From a virus (Duplodnaviria > Caudoviricetes): DNA of 56,820 bases. Positions 1-6,763 of the stretch are shown here, one piece after another. The notes under the pieces are model-generated. The model did not search any database. It had not been told where the DNA came from and saw only the letters and a list, made by a program, of their open reading frames with translations. Location: IMG/VR virus record IMGVR_UViG_3300032248_000898, positions 1 to 56,820 of that record. The stretch is one strand, 5' to 3'. Position 1 is the stretch's first letter. Each line of letters opens with the position of its first letter. The translations under genes were made by a program, and so were the position numbers.

Positions 1-212
1 ATATCTACTACTTCCCCCATACGTAGTCTTTCACTAGAGCAATAGTGTTCAGCTATACTAGATAGTGAGTCACCCTGCTTGGCTGTAACTACCGCTATAG
101 GACAGGAAATAGCTTCCTCTTGTAGCACCGCATATAGCGATACTGCCCCTATAGCAGCACAGATCAAGCCCAATGTGAACATGATCCTTCTCTTGATGTA
201 TGTAGTACGCAT
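1..212 (-). CDS. Membrane-anchored LysM-domain protein, partial (runs off the left edge; alternative in-frame start at 248)
   Basis: Not in the ORF track. Manual translation: MRTTYIKRRIMFTLGLICAAIGAVSLYAVLQEEAISCPIAVVTAKQGDSLSSIAEHYCSSERLRMGEVVD. Basic N-terminus, one TM helix, LysM-type GDSLSSIA motif; SD GAAAGGGG upstream. Confidence 0.75.
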   Translation of the reverse strand, partial: MRTTYIKRRIMFTLGLICAAIGAVSLYAVLQEEAISCPIAVVTAKQGDSLSSIAEHYCSSERLRMGEVVD

Positions 213-291
213 ATTACGTACCCCTTTCTTGTTGTGGTTGGTATGCATTTTTGTTACCCCCTACGATAACGTGTTAGGATAAGGCGATTGC

Positions 292-330
292 CCTATCCGT
301 AAAAAAAAATAGTGGTCCTATTACCATACT
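292..330 (-). repeat. Intergenic repeat copy 1: short hairpin, T-run, TTTACGGATAGG
   Basis: CCTATCCGTAAA at 292-303 on + strand, identical to the copies at 425, 740 and 1197. Confidence 0.85.
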
Positions 331-424
331 CTGTGTTCTTGTAGTTTTATTGCTAGTAGTTATTTGTTCATATGTTTGTCTTCGTTTTCGTTTCATTATT
401 ATCTTTCTAGTTAAGGGTCTTTCT

Positions 425-488
425 CCTATCCGTAAAAAGAAAACCCCCTGATGGTCCGAGTGGACGACCAACAGAGGGTACTTTCTTT
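425..488 (-). repeat. Intergenic repeat copy 2: long imperfect hairpin, T-run, TTTACGGATAGG
   Basis: CCTATCCGTAAA at 425-436, then AAGAAA-ACCC-CCTG-A-TGGTC-[CGAGTGGAC]-GACCA-A-CAG-AGGGT-AC-TTTCTT. Confidence 0.9.
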
Positions 489-676
489 TATTTGTTGTTT
501 TTGTTTTTGGTGTTGTTGTGGATGAGGCCTTTGCGACCAGCGACCTTGCGGTTGTTGATGCAGTGCTCATTTCCGCAGCACTGGTAGGCCTTTGAGCCGT
601 AGTAGTGTTGCTTGACGTAGTTAACGTCTTGGTGGAAGAAGTTTTCCTCCAAGGCGTCGATTGCTTCATTTGTCAT
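488..676 (-). CDS. Small hypothetical protein (62 aa) with a Cys/His cluster (CCGNEHC), probable early gene
   Basis: ORF track; SD GAAAGG upstream; bounded by repeat copies 2 and 3. Confidence 0.75.
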   Translation of the reverse strand: MTNEAIDALEENFFHQDVNYVKQHYYGSKAYQCCGNEHCINNRKVAGRKGLIHNNTKNKNNK

Positions 677-739
677 GTTTACCCCTTTCTAAGGTAAACC
701 ACTCTGTGTGGATAAGTGACCCCTCCTTGAGATCTTAAA

Positions 740-805
740 CCTATCCGTAAAAAGAAAACCCTCCATTGGCCCGAGCGGGGAAAACCAATGAAGGGTAATT
801 CTTTT
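740..805 (-). repeat. Intergenic repeat copy 3: long imperfect hairpin, T-run, TTTACGGATAGG
   Basis: CCTATCCGTAAA at 740-751, then AAGAAAACCCT-CCATTGG-CCCGAGCGGGGAAAA-CCAATG-AAGGGT-AATTCTTTT. Confidence 0.9.
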
Positions 806-815
806 TGTTTGTTTA

Positions 816-1151
816 TTAGTCAATTAACCAACAGGAGCAATTGCCTGGGCCATCTGCGCTACAAGATGTGCACTCCAGGTAAAGGCTTCCATCAAGCCAA
901 ATCTGATAATAACGACGTGTTGTGTCGTAATAAGTTTTACTTAACTTAGGTGCAATGTCCTTTGTTTCAAGTGCCTTGTTTTCAAGCTTAAGCTCAATGT
1001 TTTGCAACCGAGCAAGCTTTAATTCAAGGTACTCAATTCTAGATACAAAGATATCTTTGAGATTACTATTAGCATCCTCTTTAAGTACACTCCTTAGTTT
1101 GTACTTGTAGTTGGAGATTTCTAGTTTTAGTTCTTGTTTTTCAGTTATCAT
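816..1151 (-). CDS. Hypothetical protein (111 aa), coiled-coil with C-terminal CxxC...CxC
   Basis: ORF track; SD GAAAGGTG; bounded by repeat copies 3 and 4. Confidence 0.8.
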   Translation of the reverse strand: MITEKQELKLEISNYKYKLRSVLKEDANSNLKDIFVSRIEYLELKLARLQNIELKLENKALETKDIAPKLSKTYYDTTRRYYQIWLDGSLYLECTSCSADGPGNCSCWLID

Positions 1152-1196
1152 GGTTACACCTTTCCAATGTAACCCGCTCTAGATTGGGGTCTTTCC

Positions 1197-1262
1197 CCTA
1201 TCCGTAAATAAAAAAGCACTATCATTAGCCCGCGTAGACGGCCAACAATAGTGCTAGTTTAT
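1197..1262 (-). repeat. Intergenic repeat copy 4: long imperfect hairpin, T-run, TTTACGGATAGG
   Basis: CCTATCCGTAAA at 1197-1208, then AGCACTAT-CATTAGCC-[CGCGTAGAC]-GGCCAACA-ATAGTGCT. Confidence 0.9.
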
Positions 1263-1343
1263 TTAGTTAACTACTTACTCGTTTAACCTGGAGCAGCTAT
1301 GCCACAGGACTAGCACAATGTAATACACTGTACTAGGGTGATA

Positions 1344-1634
1344 CTACCAGTTAAAGGTGTCATCCTCTTGCTGGGTATCTTCTTCTTCTTCTTCCATAGC
1401 CCATGTATACGATGCCTTAGCAATAAAGGCACCAAATACCATAACCATGAAGAGTACACCCTTCCAGTTAAGTAGGCTAATAACGATACCGATAACACTG
1501 AATGCGGCACCGATACCATTGAATAACACAGTGAAGACAATGCTTACTGCGGGTGTGAATACACATAGAGCTATAATGATAGCGATACGTGTGTTACGGT
1601 TGAGCTCGTTAAAGCGGTTGATTATTGTGTTCAT
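1344..1634 (-). CDS. Small membrane protein (96 aa, 2-3 TM helices, acidic tail)
   Basis: ORF track; strong SD AGGAGG; hydrophobic stretches. Confidence 0.8.
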   Translation of the reverse strand: MNTIINRFNELNRNTRIAIIIALCVFTPAVSIVFTVLFNGIGAAFSVIGIVISLLNWKGVLFMVMVFGAFIAKASYTWAMEEEEEDTQQEDDTFNW

Positions 1635-1900
1635 GACTCCTCCTAAGAAGACATGACTACGCTGTTGAATATGTACTTAAAGACCCCCATACCCGGGTGG
1701 GCACGTTAAAAGATCTGAGAGCACACTAGTATTCACTATTACCCCCTTATATTTTTTCCCTATATTTTTCCCTATATAGACTTTATATATCTTTATATAG
1801 GTTTATACTCCTCGAGACTAGAAACAAAACCCCCTCGAGATTAGAATGACAAAACAGTTACAGTCCAAAAATTTTTCCCAAAAAAAATCTCCATATGGGG

Positions 1901-1930
1901 TTGCAAAAGCCCAAAGGTCTCTGATAGGTT
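1901..1930 (+). promoter_or_regulatory. Candidate host sigma-A/70 promoter
   Basis: TTGCAA-N18-TAGGTT with an extended TG, about 50 nt before the 1980 ATG. Confidence 0.4.
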
Positions 1931-1979
1931 ATCTCCAAGTCGGAAAGCCCGGCGGAATAACCACTAAAGGAAACCCAAT

Positions 1980-2177
1980 ATGGACTACATGTGCTGTGAT
2001 AAATGTGGATCAGAGTTCACAATCAAAGATGCACTCTCAACTACCCTCAAATGCCCAGACTGCTTTGAGTGGGTAGAGCTAGAGCCTATCGACGCATACT
2101 CATCACGCTATTATGGAAAAAGCTACGCAGATAACTACATAGACTTTGACGTAGATAATTACGGATTCTCAGAATAA
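1980..2177 (+). CDS. Zinc-ribbon protein (CDKC...CPDC)
   Basis: Two CxxC motifs; SD AAAGGA. Confidence 0.8.
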   Translation: MDYMCCDKCGSEFTIKDALSTTLKCPDCFEWVELEPIDAYSSRYYGKSYADNYIDFDVDNYGFSE

Positions 2178-2180
2178 GAA

Positions 2181-2732
2181 ATGGAAAACAACACAATGCT
2201 TAACACAAACAGAAAACTAATGGTAGTATCACAGACACTGATACCTTGTAACAAGATATTCGAAGAGTTCAAAAAAGATCACGATTTTTATTTTTTTGAA
2301 TACAATCCTCAACTATCCCTATTATCAAACTGTAAACAAGTATATAAAGATATTAAGGAATATATAATGTCAGACTATGAACACATCGTGTTTATAGGTC
2401 ATGGTCAAGACTGTAATATCCTGTACGGATTGTACGAGGATAAGAACCTTGTGTTTGACGCCGGCGTTTTTATAAACTATGAAACCCCTACAGACGAGAG
2501 TGTCCCACATCAAGTAAAAGACTCAATGTCACTAGAGACAAAAATCTATTCATACAGCACTCACAAAAAGAACTTAGATCAACCAATCATTGGGATCAGC
2601 ATTCATCAGTACGTTCCTGTATTACTTGGAGGAATTAACTCAAGAAGATTAGCTCAAGAAATCTACGGAGCTGTTGTATACGATACTTACTCAGAACTGT
2701 TTCTACAGGGCCCTAAGTCAGTCTTCATCTAA
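2181..2732 (+). CDS. Hypothetical protein, possibly a degenerate alpha/beta-hydrolase fold
   Basis: HIVFIGHGQD resembles a GHSxG elbow without the Ser (inference). Confidence 0.65.
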   Translation: MENNTMLNTNRKLMVVSQTLIPCNKIFEEFKKDHDFYFFEYNPQLSLLSNCKQVYKDIKEYIMSDYEHIVFIGHGQDCNILYGLYEDKNLVFDAGVFINYETPTDESVPHQVKDSMSLETKIYSYSTHKKNLDQPIIGISIHQYVPVLLGGINSRRLAQEIYGAVVYDTYSELFLQGPKSVFI

Positions 2733-3116
2733 GTCGTGACAATCACACTCTGGGTCTATGCACTCTTCAAAGATGTCCTCAAATAGATCTCTATTTTGTT
2801 GGTCTATAACCAGTACGTGATAGTCCTTAGCATTATAAACACCTGTGGCTGGAGAAAAGTAGAATTGGTCTACTTCCTTTGGCCCCAGGTCTTTTATTAT
2901 ATCCTCAGCAGGTTTATTAAGAATGATCGACATCTCGTTGATAAGATTATAAGTCTCCCTAGAGAATACCGAAAAGACTATCTCGTTACTCGTATTAGTG
3001 AACGCTGTCACTATAGTTGACTCGTCTTTTTCAGTTGGACTTAAGAAGTTAATAAAGTCGGTACGTAATACTTCATCTTCAAAGAATGAAATAATTTGGT
3101 TAAGAAAATTATCCAT
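2718..3116 (-). CDS. Acidic hypothetical protein (132 aa)
   Basis: ORF track; SD AAGGA; C-terminal CxxxxCxCH. Confidence 0.7.
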   Translation of the reverse strand: MDNFLNQIISFFEDEVLRTDFINFLSPTEKDESTIVTAFTNTSNEIVFSVFSRETYNLINEMSIILNKPAEDIIKDLGPKEVDQFYFSPATGVYNAKDYHVLVIDQQNRDLFEDIFEECIDPECDCHDLDED

Positions 3117-3323
3117 ATAGAGTATGTTCCTTCTTTTATCGCATATAGATATATAGTACCTCTGATATATCTTTTATTTCTTAAAAAATAAAAAAAAATA
3201 ATTTTGCGGCGAAAGGCTCAGCTGTTCAATGATTTAAACAATTCGTAATAAGCTAGATAATGTTCAATAGGAGATATCGTACTCTTCTTACTCTTTTGTT
3301 TACCGGGTTTAAAGTAACTCAGT

Positions 3324-3479
3324 TTAACTTTCATATATTTCAATCCAATAATCTTTACAGTCTCGACATCTTACGTCAAATCTTTTTAAGCCATCTTCGA
3401 AGTCTTCTTTAGATAGCTCAGTTAATATAAAATTTGGGGGATAAGAACAATCAGGACACGTCGTCGGTTCGAATACCAT
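3324..3479 (-). CDS. Small zinc-ribbon protein (51 aa; CPDC...CRDC)
   Basis: Below the ORF-track cutoff. MVFEPTTCPDCSYPPNFILTELSKEDFEDGLKRFDVRCRDCKDYWIEIYES; SD AGGAG; overlaps the recA 3' end. Confidence 0.75.
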   Translation of the reverse strand: MVFEPTTCPDCSYPPNFILTELSKEDFEDGLKRFDVRCRDCKDYWIEIYES

Positions 3480-4446
3480 TTTTAATAAGCTCCTGTAATG
3501 TAGATACTAATTTTGGGTCTTCTTTGAGTTTTTCAATCGCATTGTCGCGACCTTGTGAATAGGATTCACCATTATAGTAAACCCAAGCACCTCGTTGGGA
3601 AAAGATTCCCTTCGCCATACAAACGTCTAATAGACATCCAAAATTATCTACACCCTTACCGTAATAAATATCAAATTCAGTTACCTTAAGTGGGGGTGCC
3701 ATTTTGTTCTTAATAACCTTAGCCTTAACTTTAATCCCTATGGATTCGCCAGACTTATCTTTAAGATCTTCTTTTTTGCGCACATCAATACGAACAGATG
3801 CAGCATAAGGTAGTGCTCTACCTCCAGGAGTAGTCTCTGGATTACCGAACATAATTCCAATTTTCATTCTTAATTGATTAATGAAGATTACAAGGCATTT
3901 GTGCTCAGCTGCTAGTGCAACTATCTTTCTTGTTGCTTTGGCCATCATACGGGCTTGTAGGCCCATCTGGTTGGATTCCATGTCGCCTTCTAGCTCTGCC
4001 TTTGGCACAAGAGCAGCAACAGAATCAATTACTATGACTCCAACCTCACCAGTTCTAATTAGCTTGTCGGCAATTTCTAAAGCCTGCTCACCATAATCTG
4101 GTTGAGCTAACAATAGATCATCTAGGTTTACACCCAATGCATCCATGTAGGTTGGGTCTAAAGCGTGTTCGGCATCAATGTATGCGCACTTTAATCCCAT
4201 TTTCTGTGCTTGAGCAACTACTGAAAGTGATATAGTTGACTTACCAGAAGATTCTGGTCCGTATATTTCTACAACCCTACCAAGAGGTAGTCCACCAATG
4301 CCTAATATCATATCTAGTGATAGTGCACCAGTTGGAACTGCAGGCCAAGCCTTAATGTCACTTGTGCCGAGTCTCATCACTGCTCCGGCACCAAACTGTC
4401 GCTCTAATTGAGCAATAGCTAATTCTAATGATTTTTCATCTGCCAT
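3451..4446 (-). CDS. recA: RecA recombinase
   Basis: GRVVEIYGPESSGKS (Walker A), YIDAEHALDP, VIDSVAALVPKAELEG, FINQLRMKIG.MFGNPETTPGG. Confidence 0.98.
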   Translation of the reverse strand: MADEKSLELAIAQLERQFGAGAVMRLGTSDIKAWPAVPTGALSLDMILGIGGLPLGRVVEIYGPESSGKSTISLSVVAQAQKMGLKCAYIDAEHALDPTYMDALGVNLDDLLLAQPDYGEQALEIADKLIRTGEVGVIVIDSVAALVPKAELEGDMESNQMGLQARMMAKATRKIVALAAEHKCLVIFINQLRMKIGIMFGNPETTPGGRALPYAASVRIDVRKKEDLKDKSGESIGIKVKAKVIKNKMAPPLKVTEFDIYYGKGVDNFGCLLDVCMAKGIFSQRGAWVYYNGESYSQGRDNAIEKLKEDPKLVSTLQELIKNGIRTDDVS

Positions 4447-4450
4447 AGAT

Positions 4451-4636
4451 CTATTTTACCACATATAGATTATGCAAGTATTGCTTTTGTTCAAGTATTA
4501 TATGCTTTAGATTTTTTTCAAGATCAAGAACTTCTCTTTGAGCTTGCCAGTCTAAACCTAATTTGTGTTGCTTAATTTTCTCAAGCAATGAGAACAATTT
4601 ATTTAAATGATCTAGTTGAGCCTTATCTACGCTCAT
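4451..4636 (-). CDS. Small coiled-coil hypothetical protein (61 aa)
   Basis: ORF track; SD GGAGG. Confidence 0.75.
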   Translation of the reverse strand: MSVDKAQLDHLNKLFSLLEKIKQHKLGLDWQAQREVLDLEKNLKHIILEQKQYLHNLYVVK

Positions 4637-4703
4637 ATATTATCCTCCAATGGTATAATGTATACGGAAATAGTTGAAGAAGTATACATGATGAAAGGAA
4701 AAA

Positions 4704-4859
4704 ATGAAACAGTACAGAGATATTGATCAAGACTTAAATCTTCGTAGAGCATTATTAATTTTAGATAAGAGAATAAATTTTGTTGATGACCTATTGAAAT
4801 ACTGGGCATTCTCAGGTCCATGCATAGAGTCTCACCCTTCAATAGAAGATATTTTGTAA
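4704..4859 (+). CDS. Small hypothetical protein (51 aa)
   Basis: Below cutoff. MKQYRDIDQDLNLRRALLILDKRINFVDDLLKYWAFSGPCIESHPSIEDIL; SD AAAGGA; extended -10 TGGTATAAT at 4651-4659. Confidence 0.7.
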   Translation: MKQYRDIDQDLNLRRALLILDKRINFVDDLLKYWAFSGPCIESHPSIEDIL

Positions 4860-4865
4860 AACTAT

Positions 4866-4895
4866 TTGACAAAAACGATTCGATGTTGATATACT
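4866..4895 (+). promoter_or_regulatory. Sigma-A/70-type promoter
   Basis: TTGACA-N18-TATACT with an extended TG. Confidence 0.7.
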
Positions 4896-5055
4896 CCTAT
4901 ATAAGCCGATTGGGGAATCCCTAATCAAGGTATATAAAATCTTATCTTATTTACATAAGTTAACTATATATACGTAAATTATATAGGCGAATCTCTAACT
5001 AAAGATAGAAAAAAAAGTAAGTTACTATTTCTTCTAAAGCTAGAAAAGGCCTTTA

Positions 5056-6486
5056 ATGAATATATATAAAATCTACGTACCTGAATTAGGGATATTTGTT
5101 AAATACAAAGCCTTAGAGCCAGAAGAAGCAGTAACACTACTTGCTGAAATTAAAAACAAACCTAAACAGTTGTATAGAAAAGCTATTTTAGAGTCTGTTA
5201 TATTTAACATAAAAACAGATGTTGCTGAATCATTAAGAATAATGACACGCGCAGCTGCAGAAAAGTGCTTAGAAGCATTGTACGCAGGTTGTATAATGCT
5301 TAATCCTGGTTTAGATGTAGATCAGTGGATAGATCTAGCATATACGGGTAATTCTAACAAAAAAACACCTAACTTAAAAAAAGATTTAGAAGATTTAGAT
5401 GATTTACCTTCTGAGATAGAAGAATTTTTTAATAAAACTTTTAAAAAAGTAGCAGAAGATAGAAATACTAAACCTAAAAGTAAAAAACTTTCAAAAGAAA
5501 AGTTCCTTGGTTTAGAAAATAATCTTAAGTCCAATGTTATCGGACAAGACAACGCCGTAGAAGCTGTTGTATCAGCCCTCAAGAGGTCTCAGGTGGGCTT
5601 AAACGATAGCAATAGACCTTTGGGCATATTCTTACTTGCAGGTGCCTCAGGGGTTGGTAAGACTCATTTGGCAAATTCATTGCATAAGTATATATACGGA
5701 ACTGAATATTCCATGGTAAGAATAGACTGTGGTGAATTTCAACATAAGCATGAGAATCAAAAATTGATTGGATCTCCCCCCGGTTACATAGGCCATGAAG
5801 ATGGCGGTCAATTAGTTAACCTAATTAAAAAATATCCAAATACAGTTGTTCTTTTAGATGAAGTAGAAAAAGCACATCCAGATCTATGGAATACTTTTCT
5901 TAGAATGTTTGACGACGGCATATTAACAGACAATAAGGGTAAAGAAGTAAGTTTTAGGAATACAATTATTATCATGACTACAAACTTGGGTAATGACAAA
6001 ACTTCTGATGATTTACTAAAAACGTCTACTGGATTTACTGCTAAAGTTGATTACAGTTTTAAAACTAGAAAAATTCCAATAAGAGATATTGTTGAAAAAA
6101 ATACATTAGAAGCTATTAGAAAACATTTTAAACCTGAGTTAATTAACAGGTTAGATAAAATAATAGTCTTTAATCACTTGTCATATGAAGATGCCTCTAA
6201 GATTGCTGAACTAGAAATGTCTATTATTAAAACCAAACTGCTAGGAAAAGGTTATTCAGTAGTCTATAACGAAGCGGTGCTTAATGCCTTAATAGATAAA
6301 GGTATTGATTCAGTTAAAGGTGCCAGAGGTCTTTCTCAAGTGAGAAGAGAAGGCATAGAGGATAAGTTAGCTGATATACTAATTCAAAGCAATGTTCCTA
6401 GGGGAACTATATTTGAAATAGATTATGAAGAAGATTTTAGTATTAATTTAAATAAACCTAAAAAAATACTTAAATTAATTAAATGA
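5056..6486 (+). CDS. ClpA/ClpB-family AAA+ ATPase (D2 module only, unrecognised N-terminal domain)
   Basis: Walker A GASGVGKT, LIGSPPGYIG pore loop, Walker B VVLLDEVEKAHPD, IIIMTTNLG, FKPELINRLD, GARGL. Confidence 0.92.
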   Translation: MNIYKIYVPELGIFVKYKALEPEEAVTLLAEIKNKPKQLYRKAILESVIFNIKTDVAESLRIMTRAAAEKCLEALYAGCIMLNPGLDVDQWIDLAYTGNSNKKTPNLKKDLEDLDDLPSEIEEFFNKTFKKVAEDRNTKPKSKKLSKEKFLGLENNLKSNVIGQDNAVEAVVSALKRSQVGLNDSNRPLGIFLLAGASGVGKTHLANSLHKYIYGTEYSMVRIDCGEFQHKHENQKLIGSPPGYIGHEDGGQLVNLIKKYPNTVVLLDEVEKAHPDLWNTFLRMFDDGILTDNKGKEVSFRNTIIIMTTNLGNDKTSDDLLKTSTGFTAKVDYSFKTRKIPIRDIVEKNTLEAIRKHFKPELINRLDKIIVFNHLSYEDASKIAELEMSIIKTKLLGKGYSVVYNEAVLNALIDKGIDSVKGARGLSQVRREGIEDKLADILIQSNVPRGTIFEIDYEEDFSINLNKPKKILKLIK

Positions 6487-6489
6487 AAA

Positions 6490-6696
6490 ATGACAGAAAG
6501 AAAAACAATGACACAAGAAGAAATTCAATTAAGGACTAAGTTCTATCTAGCCCCTAAATCTACAACGTTAGAAGAGTTGAAAATAATGAACGAAAAGTTT
6601 ACCTCATATCCAGGTTTAACTCTTGATCAAGCAAAAGAGACTCTTGAAAACATTAAAAAAACACACGGTCATTTAATTCCTGATAAGAACATATAA
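6490..6696 (+). CDS. Hypothetical protein (68 aa)
   Basis: ORF track; tightly packed after the ATPase. Confidence 0.7.
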   Translation: MTERKTMTQEEIQLRTKFYLAPKSTTLEELKIMNEKFTSYPGLTLDQAKETLENIKKTHGHLIPDKNI

Positions 6697-6763
6697 AATA
6701 TAACTACCCTTACCATCAATCGACAATTACTATAGATAATAATATTTATATAAAGGAAGTATT

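Noticed and set aside
448-470. Hammerhead-ribozyme-like CTGATG-GTCC-GAGT-GGAC-GAC in repeat copy 2
   Set aside because: It lacks the complete CUGAnGA and GAAA core, the other copies do not keep it, and it is on the non-coding strand.
274-669. 131-aa minus-strand ORF in the track
   Set aside because: It overlaps the better-supported 488..676 gene in another frame and runs through two repeat elements. A 40-aa MKRKRR peptide at its 3' end cannot be excluded.
707-715. Perfect DnaA box (TGTGGATAA)
   Set aside because: Single copy with no cluster; one 9-mer match in 57 kb of AT-rich DNA is compatible with chance.
292-1208. CRISPR array interpretation of the 12-mer repeats
   Set aside because: The repeats are too short, the spacing is irregular (133, 315, 457 nt), the intervals contain genes, and no cas genes are present.
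1846-2076. 76-aa plus-strand ORF
   Set aside because: No SD, it spans a promoter-like region, and it overlaps the zinc-ribbon gene 1980..2177 in another frame.
4633-4872. 79-aa minus-strand ORF
   Set aside because: TTG start inside a promoter, and it is the shadow of the plus-strand 4704..4859 gene, which has an SD and a -10 element.
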